The notes: generated from the letters alone by a model not told the origin. Positions 37,611 through 47,457 are shown, counted from the first letter of the stretch. The stretch is 64,000 nt of DNA from Candidatus Omnitrophota bacterium (GCA_041650935.1 JBAZKH010000008.1:8825-72824); one strand, 5' to 3'. Numbers and translations: made by a program.

Positions 37611-37742
37611 AAATGTGATGTGGCGATGTGGTGAGCAGGGCGTTAAAAGTTCGAGGCAGCGTACGAGAACTTTTATCGAGCGAAATTTTCACATGGCTGA
37701 AAATTTCGCGTCCTAAGCGAGCCACATTGACACAGCACATTT
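37611..37742. repeat. structured intergenic element, family 1, copy B
   Basis: It has the same architecture as copy A, with hairpins TAAAAGTTC[GAGGCAGCGTACGA]GAACTTTTA and GCGAAATTTTCA[CATGGC]TGAAAATTTCGC, and compensatory stem changes relative to copy A. Confidence 0.8.
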
Positions 37743-37772
37743 ACTGCTACATCGAAAAATTTTACGCACTCC

Positions 37773-38645
37773 TTACGCCCGCGGATGAGCTTTGTCGTAT
37801 ACCGTCTTCAGGCGGTCCATCGTCACGTGCGTATATATCTGCGTCGTCGACAAATTCGCGTGCCCCAGAAGCTCCTGAACGCTGCGCAAGTCCGCGCCGC
37901 GGTCGAGCATATGCGTCGCAAACGAATGGCGCAAGCTATGCGGCGATATGTGCTCCGACATACTGCATAGTTTTATATACTTATCGAGTATGCGCCGCAC
38001 ACTCCTGTCCCAGAGGCGCGTCCCGTTCTTCCCGAGAAAGACCGCTTCCTTATCCTTAACCTTCATCCCTTCGCGTTTATCGATATACCGCCTGAGCGCC
38101 GAAACGGCGGGTGAACCTATCGGCACCATCCGCTCCTTCGAGCCCTTACCGAAGACCTTTATGACCTCGCCGATCAGATCGACATTCCTCATATTCAGCC
38201 CTACAAGCTCGCTCACCCGGATGCCGCCCGAGTATATTGTTTCGAGGATAGCCGTGTCCCTGAGGGCGAAGACGTCATCCCCTCCGGGGCATTGGAGCAG
38301 TCTCGCCACCGCTTTTTCGTCCAGGACCACGGGCAGCCTCTTATCCAGTTTGGGAGTAGAGACGGCGGTAATCGGATTCGCCTTGATATGCCCTTCGCGG
38401 TACAGGAACCTGAAGAAGCTCCGTAAACTCGCGAGTTTGCGCGCTATCGTCCTCTTCGCGTAGTTCCGCCCGCGCAATTCCGCAAGAAATTTGCGCAATA
38501 GAAGATGGTCGATCGCCGAGACGTCCTTATCGCCGAGAAACCGGCTGAAAGATTCCAGATCTATCCGGTAATTCAGGATAGTATGCGGCGACGAATTTCT
38601 CTCGACATCGAGATAATTTATGAACTTTTCGATAAATCTCTGCAT
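37773..38645 (-). CDS. xerC: tyrosine site-specific recombinase XerC/XerD family
   Basis: It has the catalytic region (HSLRHSFATHMLDRGADLRSVQELLGHANLSTTQIYTHV). It lies immediately downstream of topA, as in dprA-topA-codV neighbourhoods. Confidence 0.8.
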   Translation of the reverse strand: MQRFIEKFINYLDVERNSSPHTILNYRIDLESFSRFLGDKDVSAIDHLLLRKFLAELRGRNYAKRTIARKLASLRSFFRFLYREGHIKANPITAVSTPKLDKRLPVVLDEKAVARLLQCPGGDDVFALRDTAILETIYSGGIRVSELVGLNMRNVDLIGEVIKVFGKGSKERMVPIGSPAVSALRRYIDKREGMKVKDKEAVFLGKNGTRLWDRSVRRILDKYIKLCSMSEHISPHSLRHSFATHMLDRGADLRSVQELLGHANLSTTQIYTHVTMDRLKTVYDKAHPRA

Positions 38646-40655
38646 CTATAGTACGACTTCGCCTTCCTTCTCTTTTTCGGGGAGCTTCTTTGAGGTGAAT
38701 GTGCATTTGGGATATTTGGTGCATCCGAAGAACATACCCCGCGTCGAGCGCCTCTGGACAAGCTCACCGCCGCAGCCCGTCGGGCACTTCACGCCGGAAG
38801 TTATCGATTTCGCATTTTTACATTCGGGGTAACCGGAACAGCTCAAGAACTTGCCGCGCCTGCCCCATTTGATGATCATGGGCCTGCCGCACAGCTCACA
38901 TACCTGGTCGGTGGCTTCTATCTCCTTCTTCACGTCCTTCATCTCAAGTTTCGCGGCCTCGACCGAGTGCATAAACGGCGAATAGAACGCTTTTAGGACC
39001 GTGAGCCAGTCCGCCTCCCCCTCTTCTATCCCGTCGAGTTCGTCTTCCATCCTCGCCGTAAATTCGACGTCGAGTATCTTGGGAAAATGCTTCATCAGGA
39101 GCTCGATGACTATGGTGCCGAGCTCCGTCGGATAGAAATAGCCCGATTCGCGCCTGACGTAGTCCCTGGCCGTTATCGTTTGGATGATCGGTGCGTATGT
39201 CGACGGGCGGCCGATACCCAGTTCTTCGAGCGTCTTAACAAGGCTCGCGTCCGAATATCTCGGAGGAGCCTTGGTAAAATGCTGCGCCGGTATCAGGTTG
39301 AGGAGGTCGAGCGCTAATCCTATCGAAAGTGCCGGTAATTTCGTCTTCGCCTCGCCGCCGTCTTCTTTTTCTTTCTCCTTTTCGGCTTCATATACCGCAG
39401 TATAGCCGTCGAAGACCACGGTCGCGGCGCCCGCTTTAAAGAGATAATCCCCGGCCTTTATATCGACCGTCGTCTGCGAATAGATAGCAGGAGACATCTG
39501 GCTGGCGACGAACCGGTTCCATATAAGCTGGTAAAGCTTTAGCTGCTCTCCCGAGAGATACTGTTTTATAGAATCAGGGCTTCGCAGAGGAAGCGTAGGC
39601 CTTATCGCCTCGTGCGCCTCCTGCGCGCTCTTTCTCGCTTTATAGAAATTCGGCGTATCCGGGTAATACTTATTACCGTAGGTCGCCAGTATATAATCTT
39701 TGACCGCGGCCTGCGCGTCCTTGGAGATGCGCACCGAATCCGTCCTCATGTACGTTATAAGACCGACTGAACCTTCGTCTCCGATCTCGACGCCTTCGTA
39801 AAGGACCTGCGCGACATGCATCGTCTTGGCTCCGGAAAATCTCAATTTATTGAACGCCTCCTGCTGGAGTTTGCTCGTTGTAAACGGCGGGTAAGGGTTT
39901 TTCCGCTTCCGCGACTCGCGCAGGTCGCTTACCACGAAGGACTCTTTCTTCAGGTGTTCCACGATCCTGTCCGCGTCATGTTTATGTTTTACCTCTATAT
40001 CCGCGTTTTTATACTTATCCAGCTTGGCCGTAAACTTATCTTTGGGGTGGTCGGCTTTGCGTTTAAGCTCCGCCTCTACGCTCCAGTATTCCTGCGGGAC
40101 GAATTTATTTATCTCCTTCTCGCGCTCGACTATCAGACGTACCGCCACCGACTGTACGCGTCCGGCAGAGAGTCCCCGCGCTACCTTCTTCCAGAGTATC
40201 GGGCTTATCGAATAACCGACGATGCGGTCAAGGATACGGCGCGCCTGCTGGGCGTTTACAAGGCTCATATTTATGTCGCGCGGATGTTTGAACGCGGCGA
40301 CGACCGCGTCTTTGGTTATCTCATCGAATTCTACCCTGTAACATTTCTTATTCTCGCCGCTCAACTGGTTCTTAAGGTGCCAGCTTATCGCTTCGCCTTC
40401 ACGATCAGGGTCGGCGGCCAGGTATATGGTCGTCTTTGTTTTGGCCTCTTTCTTAAGCATCGACAGGTTCTTCTTCCTGTCTGACATAACGATATATTGC
40501 GGAGTAAAGTCATTCTCCACATCGACACCAAGCTTCGATTTGGGCAGGTCTATGATATGGCCCATGCTCGCGACGACTTTATAGTGTGAGCCAAGGAACT
40601 TATTTATCGTCTTTGCTTTGGCCGGCGACTCGACTATTACCAGATTTTTTGCCAT
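38646..40655 (-). CDS. topA: DNA topoisomerase I
   Basis: It has a Toprim N-terminus (LVIVESPAKAKTINKFLG) and C-terminal C4 zinc ribbons. Confidence 0.85.
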   Translation of the reverse strand: MAKNLVIVESPAKAKTINKFLGSHYKVVASMGHIIDLPKSKLGVDVENDFTPQYIVMSDRKKNLSMLKKEAKTKTTIYLAADPDREGEAISWHLKNQLSGENKKCYRVEFDEITKDAVVAAFKHPRDINMSLVNAQQARRILDRIVGYSISPILWKKVARGLSAGRVQSVAVRLIVEREKEINKFVPQEYWSVEAELKRKADHPKDKFTAKLDKYKNADIEVKHKHDADRIVEHLKKESFVVSDLRESRKRKNPYPPFTTSKLQQEAFNKLRFSGAKTMHVAQVLYEGVEIGDEGSVGLITYMRTDSVRISKDAQAAVKDYILATYGNKYYPDTPNFYKARKSAQEAHEAIRPTLPLRSPDSIKQYLSGEQLKLYQLIWNRFVASQMSPAIYSQTTVDIKAGDYLFKAGAATVVFDGYTAVYEAEKEKEKEDGGEAKTKLPALSIGLALDLLNLIPAQHFTKAPPRYSDASLVKTLEELGIGRPSTYAPIIQTITARDYVRRESGYFYPTELGTIVIELLMKHFPKILDVEFTARMEDELDGIEEGEADWLTVLKAFYSPFMHSVEAAKLEMKDVKKEIEATDQVCELCGRPMIIKWGRRGKFLSCSGYPECKNAKSITSGVKCPTGCGGELVQRRSTRGMFFGCTKYPKCTFTSKKLPEKEKEGEVVL

Positions 40656-40678
40656 TAAACTCTCCTAAGTTTTTGATG

Positions 40679-41584
40679 CTAATCTTCCGTTCTTATATAC
40701 TGCTTCCCGGGTAACTGTTTAACCAGCTTCTTCAACTCCAGGCTCAAAAGCATCTGCGATACCTTCGCATGCTCCATGCCGGATATCCTCAGGATCTCGT
40801 CTATGTAAAGAGGCGTTTCGGATAAGCTCTTATAAATTTTCCGCTCGTCTTCGGTCAGCGAATTATAGACATACGCTTTCGTCTGCCGGAATATCTTCGC
40901 ATCCAGGAGCTCCCTCTCATCCGCCGAGGCAGGTTCTGTCTTTATAGCCAGCTCCTCCAGTATGTCGTCGACAGACTGTATCAGGCACGCACCGTCCTTT
41001 ATGAGCTCGTTGGCGCCGGAACTCCTGCTTGACGATACTTTGCCGGGGACCGCGAATACGGTGCGCCCCTGTTCGGCCGCGAAGTTCGCGGTGATGAGCG
41101 CGCCCGAATTGCGCGCGGCCTCGACCACAACGACGCCGAGAGAAAGCCCGCTTATGATGCGGTTGCGGGCCGGGAAATGCTGCGCAAGCGGCGGCGCGTC
41201 ATCACCGTATTCCGTAATAACCGCGCCCGACCTTGCGATTTCTCCGTACATATCCTTGTTCTGCGGCGGGTAGATGATATTATGACCGCTGCCCATAACC
41301 GCGATCGTCCTGCCCCGCGCCTTAAGCGCTCCGCGGTGCGCCGCCGAATCTATACCCACAGCCATTCCGCTTACGACCGTCACGCCGCGCGCGGCAAGCT
41401 CGAAGCCGAACCGTTCGCTCGTCTCAAGCCCGTATTGCGTCGCCCGCCGGGAGCCCACTATCGCCACCGCCATCTCATCACGCTCGAGCAGCGCGCCGTT
41501 GACATATAATGCCTTCGGCGGCGTGTGGATATTCTTCAGATTCTTCGGATACTCCGCATCCGTCAGTTCAATTTTACGTATCAT
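40679..41584 (-). CDS. dprA: DNA processing protein A (Smf)
   Basis: The 301-aa protein has a Rossmann-like DprA core (GSRRATQYG, GMAVGIDSAAH). Confidence 0.85.
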   Translation of the reverse strand: MIRKIELTDAEYPKNLKNIHTPPKALYVNGALLERDEMAVAIVGSRRATQYGLETSERFGFELAARGVTVVSGMAVGIDSAAHRGALKARGRTIAVMGSGHNIIYPPQNKDMYGEIARSGAVITEYGDDAPPLAQHFPARNRIISGLSLGVVVVEAARNSGALITANFAAEQGRTVFAVPGKVSSSRSSGANELIKDGACLIQSVDDILEELAIKTEPASADERELLDAKIFRQTKAYVYNSLTEDERKIYKSLSETPLYIDEILRISGMEHAKVSQMLLSLELKKLVKQLPGKQYIRTED

Positions 41585-41632
41585 ATCTTTCTGTATCGAA
41601 ATTTATTAGTCCTGTCCCCTTCTATCATCTCC

Positions 41633-41700
41633 CGAGCGCAATTTTCACATGGCTGAAAATTACGCATCCCTGCGAGATGCCAACCCCGAGAGGGGATTCC
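41633..41700. repeat. family 1 partial copy D plus an adjacent GC-rich hairpin
   Basis: The partial copy reads GCGCAATTTTCACATGGCTGAAAATTACGC and is followed by CCCCGAGAGGGGATTCCCCTCGGG. Confidence 0.6.
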
Positions 41701-41717
41701 CCTCGGGATCGAAAAAA

Positions 41718-42035
41718 TTATTTCCTCTTTATGCCGATAAGGCCGAACAGGGTCCAACTGCCTATTATTATAAGCGCCGTCAGGCTGACCGCATTCAGAA
41801 CTATGATCTTCCGCGTTATAGTCTCTTTTTCGCGCCTGAATATATCGAGTATATAATCTTCTTCCGATGAGTTTCTCAGCGCGTTACCGGACTTTATCTT
41901 CGTCATCATCATCGTCGTCGCCTTATCGTTAAGCGACATCGCTTTCCTGATGAGCGGCATACCGATAACGCCGTAATTGAATGCGAGAATAAGTACGAGC
42001 GTCGCCCCGATCCAGATTCTGGCTTTTAAAGTCAT
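41718..42035 (-). CDS. small two-TM membrane protein, hypothetical
   Basis: The ORF has two hydrophobic helices and no recognisable family. The start is uncertain. Confidence 0.4.
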   Translation of the reverse strand: MTLKARIWIGATLVLILAFNYGVIGMPLIRKAMSLNDKATTMMMTKIKSGNALRNSSEEDYILDIFRREKETITRKIIVLNAVSLTALIIIGSWTLFGLIGIKRK

Positions 42036-42111
42036 ATATAGCCTTTCCGCAATTTCAAATTTCAAATACTGCAAATACTACCAGGGAAGGTTGGGATTTG
42101 GAATTTTGAAT

Positions 42112-42624
42112 TTATTTGTCATTACACTTCGCTATCTTTATTATCTCTTCGACAGCCTGCCGCGCCGTAAGTTTGCCCGTGTCTATAGAATGATCTGCTT
42201 TTGCATATAGAGGCGCCCTTTTAGCAAGGAGCGTCCGTATCTTCAGCTTCGGATCCTCGACGTTAAGGAGCGGCCTGTGCTTATATTTCTTCGTCCGCGC
42301 CATTATCGCTTCTTCATCGGCCGTGAGGCATATAACGATACCGCCGGACTTCAAGCTCTCCATATTCTCCGGCCTTATAACCACCCCTCCGCCCGTATCG
42401 ATTACGAGGTTATCCTGGACGGAAAGATCGCGCACAACCGCGCTTTCGACATCGCGGAAATAATCTTCACCCTCTTTGGTAAATATCTCATTTATCGTCC
42501 GCCGTTCCCTCTTTTCGATAAGGTCATCGATCGAGACGTAGCGAAGCCCGAGCTCATTTGCGATCTTTATCGCGATCGTCGTCTTGCCCGTGCCCATAAA
42601 ACCGATCAGAACAATGTTACGCAT
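42112..42624 (-). CDS. aroK: shikimate kinase
   Basis: It has the motif MRNIVLIGFMGTGKTT. Confidence 0.85.
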   Translation of the reverse strand: MRNIVLIGFMGTGKTTIAIKIANELGLRYVSIDDLIEKRERRTINEIFTKEGEDYFRDVESAVVRDLSVQDNLVIDTGGGVVIRPENMESLKSGGIVICLTADEEAIMARTKKYKHRPLLNVEDPKLKIRTLLAKRAPLYAKADHSIDTGKLTARQAVEEIIKIAKCNDK

Positions 42625-42771
42625 AAATTTCTTGAAGGTTAAGGTTACTACACTTAAATAAGCTTAAGGTTACAGGCACAAACCGACTTAAGTTAAGGCC
42701 CTAGCCTCAACCTTACCTATATCTCACTCGGCAGCCTAAACCTTAACTCCGCCTCACTCTGCAACCTCGTC

Positions 42772-43896
42772 TCAGAATTTCCTAATTTGGCTCAGGTACC
42801 CGTCGAAATTACGGCGCATCTCGGATACGGAATCGCCGCCGAACTTCCCGATCATGGCGTTCGCGATCTCTATGGCGGTAACGGCCTCGGCTATTACGCC
42901 GGCGGCCGGCACTGCGCACGTATCCGATCGCTCAACCGCCGCCTTAAACGCCTTTCGCGTCTTTATGTTAACGCTGGCGAGCGGCTTACGCAGTGTCGCT
43001 ATCGGTTTCATATACGCGCGTATCCTTATATCCTCACCGTTCGTCATCCCGCCTTCTATACCGCCCGCGTTATTCGTCCGCCTGTAATACCCCTTTTTCT
43101 TCGAGTAAAATATCTCATCATGAGCGCCGGAGCCGCGCATACCGGCGAGCCCCTGTCCTGCTCCGAACCCAACCGCCTTTACCGCCTGTATCGACATGAC
43201 AGCCTGCGCGAGTATACCGCCTATGCGCCTGTCCCACTGCGTGTAACTGCCGAGCCCGGCCGGAACACCGCCTACGATCACTTCGAACGCGCCGCCAAGA
43301 GTATCGCCTTCCGCCTGCGCCCTGGCTATCTCTCTGCACATGAGTACCGACGCGGCGCTGTCGGCGCATCTTACCGGAGATTTTTCCGAAAACGTAATTA
43401 TCTGTTTATATCCGAGGTTGTTTGACCGCGATTCCACCTTACCGATCGCCGTTACGTGGCTGGTTATGCGAATACCGAATTCCGACAGGAGTATCTTACA
43501 GACTGCCCCTACGCCGACCCTGGCGGCGGTCTCCCTGGCGCTCGCGCGCTCAAGGACGTCCCTGACATCATCGAGGCCGTACTTCATCGCGCCCGCAAGG
43601 TCCGCGTGCCCGGGCCTGGGCTGGAGGACAACCGGCAGCCTGTCTATAGACTGGTCGACATTTTTGATCATGATGGTTATCGGACTGCCTATCGTGCGCA
43701 GGCGGCGCAACCCGGAGAGGATCTCGGCGCTATCGCGCTCTATCTTCATGCGGCCGCCGCGGCCGTAGCCGGCCATCCGCCTGCAAAGCTCTTCGTTAAT
43801 GAGCGAGCTCTCCACCTTCAGTCCTGCCGGCATACCGTCGAGTATCGCGAGCATGCACTTTCCGTGCGACTCACCGCTGGTCAAATACCTGAGCAT
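42772..43896 (-). CDS. aroC: chorismate synthase
   Basis: The N-terminus is MLRYLTSGESHGK. Confidence 0.9.
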   Translation of the reverse strand: MLRYLTSGESHGKCMLAILDGMPAGLKVESSLINEELCRRMAGYGRGGRMKIERDSAEILSGLRRLRTIGSPITIMIKNVDQSIDRLPVVLQPRPGHADLAGAMKYGLDDVRDVLERASARETAARVGVGAVCKILLSEFGIRITSHVTAIGKVESRSNNLGYKQIITFSEKSPVRCADSAASVLMCREIARAQAEGDTLGGAFEVIVGGVPAGLGSYTQWDRRIGGILAQAVMSIQAVKAVGFGAGQGLAGMRGSGAHDEIFYSKKKGYYRRTNNAGGIEGGMTNGEDIRIRAYMKPIATLRKPLASVNIKTRKAFKAAVERSDTCAVPAAGVIAEAVTAIEIANAMIGKFGGDSVSEMRRNFDGYLSQIRKF

Positions 43897-43932
43897 AAAT
43901 GCCTCCTGGTTAAATCGAATTTCGATTTAAAT

Positions 43933-44709
43933 TCAAAACAATCCTCCAAACAAAAGACTTATAATCTTATTTCCGAAAAATATCGAAACCAAAGCCGCCG
44001 CCGAAAGGAACGGGCCGTAAGGAATGATCTCCGCGCCTTTTCTCAATTTTAAGATTATGCCGGGCACTGCGCCCAGGAAAGGCGCAATGAAGAATGTCAA
44101 AATGACCAGCTTCAACCCTATAAAAGAACCGATCATAGCCATCAGCTTGACGTCCCCGCCGCCCATCGCCTCTTTTTTGAATGCCGCCTTTCCTATCGCT
44201 CCCATAAAGTATATACTCCCTGCCCCGGCGAGCGCACCCGCAGCCGAGCCTATTATGGCGCGGGAGCGCATCGTCTCATTGAGGATAGACGGAAAGATAA
44301 AAGCGAGTAAAAACCCCGCCGCGAGCCCGCCAAGCGATATCTCGTCGGGTATCTCCTGTATCTCGAAATCGACAAAGGTCGCGACTATCAGGCCGCAGGT
44401 CATTATAGAGTATGTAAAAAATTTCGGTGTAATACAGAACTTTAAAAAGAGCGCTGTAAGCACAAGGGCCGTCAACGCCTCGACTACCGGATACCTTAAC
44501 CGTATCCGCGCTTTACACGACCTGCATTTGCCGCCCAGCGCGGCGTAGCTAAAAACAGGGATATTGTCATACCAGGCGATGGCCTTCTTGCACTTCGGAC
44601 AATGGGACGCGGGAACGACTATGGATTCCCCTTTAGGCATCCTGTAGATGCATACGTTAAGGAAACTGCCGAGAACCAGTCCGAACAGAAAAACCGCCAT
44701 TACTGCCAT
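43933..44709 (-). CDS. prepilin (type IV leader) peptidase, A24 family
   Basis: It has an N-terminal C4 zinc site (CPKC...CRSC) and multiple TM segments with the A24 architecture. Confidence 0.8.
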   Translation of the reverse strand: MAVMAVFLFGLVLGSFLNVCIYRMPKGESIVVPASHCPKCKKAIAWYDNIPVFSYAALGGKCRSCKARIRLRYPVVEALTALVLTALFLKFCITPKFFTYSIMTCGLIVATFVDFEIQEIPDEISLGGLAAGFLLAFIFPSILNETMRSRAIIGSAAGALAGAGSIYFMGAIGKAAFKKEAMGGGDVKLMAMIGSFIGLKLVILTFFIAPFLGAVPGIILKLRKGAEIIPYGPFLSAAALVSIFFGNKIISLLFGGLF

Positions 44710-44714
44710 AGATT

Positions 44715-44807
44715 ATTAAATCCGAAATTCGAATATCGAAATTCTAAACAAATACGAAATCCTAAATTCCAATTTGGAAAATTCAGATTTCGCGATTCGG
44801 ATTTATC
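44715..44807. repeat. family 2, copy F2
   Basis: It reads TTAAATCCGAAATTCGAATATCGAAATTCTAAACAAATACGAAATCCTAAATTCCAATTTGGAAAATTCAGATTTCGCGATTCGGATTTATCC. Confidence 0.75.
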
Positions 44808-44821
44808 CTCCCTTTTCCAGT

Positions 44822-44848
44822 TTGTAGGGCAGGTTTAAACCTGCCCTA
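44822..44848. repeat. GTAG-N6-TTTAAA-N6-CTAC palindrome P2, overlapping the aroE stop codon
   Basis: The sequence GTAGGGCAGGTTTAAACCTGCCCTAC is a perfect palindrome. Confidence 0.65.
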
Positions 44849-45709
44849 CTGCTGCGCACTACTCTTTAGCGCCTCTTTCAGCGCCTTCTTCATTACGCTC
44901 ACAGGTGAGCGCGCGCCCGTCCATATCTCAAAAGCCATCGCGCCCTGGTATAAGAGCATACCCATACCTGTCACTGCGTGGAGTTTAAGCGCGGACGCCG
45001 CCCTCACAAGCTCCGTCCACGGCCTGTTATAGACGCAATCGTAAATATATAGCCCGTAATGCAGGAGCGCCGGGTCGACAGGCGATGGATCGCCCTGCTT
45101 CATCCCTATCGGCGTAGCGTTTATTAAAAGCTCGGATCCCTTTAAAGCGCTTTTGAAATCCCCGGTATGGATTACCGCGAGCCGCTTATCATCAAAGTAC
45201 TTCTTGTAGTGCTCTTTCAAATCATCCGTCTTTGCGGTATCGATATCGAAAACGGATATCCTCCTCGGTGAATTGCCCAGATACATTATAACCGCCCTGG
45301 CGGCGCCGCCCGCGCCCAGGACGAAGATATTCTTTCCTTCAGGCTCGAACTTCATGTCCTCTACAAGGGAACGGTAGAAGCCGGGTCCGTCCGTATTGTA
45401 CCCGCAGAGCAAGCCGTCCTCGGCAAATTTTATAGTGTTGACCGCGCCGAGGCGCCGCGCATTCTCATCAATGGTGCCTTTACGCTCCAGAAGCTCCTTA
45501 GCTTTTATCTTGTGCGGGATCGTAACGTTAAGGCCGGAGATATTATTGGCCCTGGCGTTCTTCAAAAAGTCATCCAGCTTTCCGGGCTCGACGTCGTATA
45601 GAAGATATTCCGCATCGATGCCAAGCGCGGAGAAAGCCGCATTTTGCATCGCGGGTGAAAGCGAATGCTTCACTGGATGGCCGATAAGTCCGTATTTAAG
45701 TCTTGCCAT
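44846..45709 (-). CDS. aroE: shikimate dehydrogenase
   Basis: It has the AroE fold motifs (GAGGAARA). Confidence 0.85.
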   Translation of the reverse strand: MARLKYGLIGHPVKHSLSPAMQNAAFSALGIDAEYLLYDVEPGKLDDFLKNARANNISGLNVTIPHKIKAKELLERKGTIDENARRLGAVNTIKFAEDGLLCGYNTDGPGFYRSLVEDMKFEPEGKNIFVLGAGGAARAVIMYLGNSPRRISVFDIDTAKTDDLKEHYKKYFDDKRLAVIHTGDFKSALKGSELLINATPIGMKQGDPSPVDPALLHYGLYIYDCVYNRPWTELVRAASALKLHAVTGMGMLLYQGAMAFEIWTGARSPVSVMKKALKEALKSSAQQ

Positions 45710-45757
45710 AGTTATTACGCGATCAGGCGATCTTACTTAATCGCCAAATCGCTTCCG

Positions 45758-47272
45758 TTATCTACGCTTATAGACTAGCTTATTCGCGGCGTTCAGATAC
45801 GCCTTGACGCTCGCTTCTATAATATCGGTCGACGCGCCGCGGCCCGAAACAATGCCGCCTTTGGAGGCGATCTTTACAGAGACCTCTCCAAGCGCATCTT
45901 TGCCGCTTGTAACGGATCTTATCTGGTAATCTATAAGCTTGCCGGTCTGCCCGGTAATCTTATCGATCGCTTTGTAGCAGGCATCGACAGGCCCGTCGCC
46001 GGCAGAGGTTGCCGCCAGGACCCTGCCGTTAAATTTAAGTTTTATCGTCGCGGTAGGCTTAACTTCGTCCCCGGAGGCGGTGTAAAAATGGGCCAGATGG
46101 AACTTTTCCGGGATCCTCGATATCTCTTCATCGACTATCGTCTCGAGATCCTCGTCGAAGATCTCCTTCTTCTTATCCGCCAGTTTCTTGAAACGGTCAA
46201 AGGCAATATCGATCTGTTCCTTCGTCAAATCGAATCCCATCTTCTTCAGCCGCTCCGCGAACGCGTGACGGCCGGAATGCTTGCCCAGCACCAGGCGTGT
46301 CTCTTCGAAACCGACATCCTCAGGTTTCATTATTTCGTATGTGATACGCTCCTTCAAGACCCCGTCCTGATGGATGCCGGCTTCATGGCTGAAGGCGTTC
46401 GATCCGATGATCGCCTTGTTCGGCTGCACTATCATGCCTGTCAGCTTCGATACGAGCCGGCTCGTCTTATACAGCTCTTTTGTATTTACTCCTGTAGAAA
46501 TGCCCCTGAAGATGTCGTTCCTCGTCCTGATCGCCATCACTATCTCCTCCAGCGAGGCATTGCCGGCCCTCTCTCCCAGGCCGTTTACCGTACATTCTAC
46601 CTGGCGCGCGCCGTTTAGCACGGCGGCAAGAGAATTCGACACGCCCAACCCCAGATCATTATGGCAATGGACGGATATGACACACTTACCGATATTGGGC
46701 ACGTTATCTTTTATGCCCTTTATGATACCGGCGAATTCGAACGGCGTCGTATACCCGACCGTATCCGGAATGTTGACGGTTGAGGCGCCGGCCGCGATTA
46801 CGGATTCGACCACCTTATAAAGAAAGTCCATATCCGTCCTCGATGCATCCTCAGGCGAAAACTCTATATCGCCGCACCTGGCCCTGGCGTACTTTACACT
46901 TGCAACGGCCAGCTTCAATATCTCGTCTTCGGCTTTTTTCAGCTTATACTTCATATGTATCTTCGACGTAGCCAGGAAGACGTGTATTCGCGGCCGCGCG
47001 GCGTTCTTTAAGGCATCGTGGGCAGCGTCTATATCCTTCTCGATCGCCCTCGCCAGGCCGCAGATAATGGGCCGCCTGACGGCCTTTGCGACGCTCTTCA
47101 CGGCCTCGAAGTCACCCGGGCTCGATATGGGAAATCCCGCCTCAATAACGTCCACACCCAGGACGGCCAGCTGTCTGGCTATCTCGAGTTTCTCGTTGAT
47201 ATTGAGGCTCGCTCCCGGCGATTGTTCCCCGTCGCGCAGTGTTGTGTCGAATATTATAATTTTCCCGTCCAT
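45758..47272 (-). CDS. leuA: 2-isopropylmalate synthase
   Basis: It has the N-terminal TLRDGEQ motif, an HCHND motif and a C-terminal LeuA dimerisation/regulatory domain. It lies downstream of the ilv genes. Confidence 0.85.
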   Translation of the reverse strand: MDGKIIIFDTTLRDGEQSPGASLNINEKLEIARQLAVLGVDVIEAGFPISSPGDFEAVKSVAKAVRRPIICGLARAIEKDIDAAHDALKNAARPRIHVFLATSKIHMKYKLKKAEDEILKLAVASVKYARARCGDIEFSPEDASRTDMDFLYKVVESVIAAGASTVNIPDTVGYTTPFEFAGIIKGIKDNVPNIGKCVISVHCHNDLGLGVSNSLAAVLNGARQVECTVNGLGERAGNASLEEIVMAIRTRNDIFRGISTGVNTKELYKTSRLVSKLTGMIVQPNKAIIGSNAFSHEAGIHQDGVLKERITYEIMKPEDVGFEETRLVLGKHSGRHAFAERLKKMGFDLTKEQIDIAFDRFKKLADKKKEIFDEDLETIVDEEISRIPEKFHLAHFYTASGDEVKPTATIKLKFNGRVLAATSAGDGPVDACYKAIDKITGQTGKLIDYQIRSVTSGKDALGEVSVKIASKGGIVSGRGASTDIIEASVKAYLNAANKLVYKRR

Positions 47273-47305
47273 AGTCTCACCTCAAAATAAATTTTTCGCT
47301 GTAAC

Positions 47306-47440
47306 AATAATATGATATGTCAATGTGGTTCGTTCAGGACGCACAATTTTCAGCCATGTGAAAATTGTGCTCCGTAAAAGTTCTCGTACGCTGCCTCGAA
47401 CTTTTAAGGCCTGCGCTCACCACATCGCCATATCACATTC
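47306..47440. repeat. structured intergenic element, family 1, copy C (core inverted)
   Basis: It is the reverse complement of copy B over about 125 bp. Its second hairpin is GCACAATTTTCA[GCCATG]TGAAAATTGTGC. Confidence 0.8.
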
Positions 47441-47457
47441 CTGACTTGTAGAAAAAT

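Noticed and set aside
38527-38724. 65-aa ORF spanning the topA/xerC junction
   Set aside because: It overlaps two convincing genes in another frame, and its translation is Arg/His-rich and low in complexity.
41672-41700. GC hairpin CCCCGAGAGGGG...CCCCTCGGG as an intrinsic terminator
   Set aside because: For minus-strand genes the U-run would precede the hairpin rather than follow it. On the plus strand it is followed by A residues and there is no plus-strand gene.
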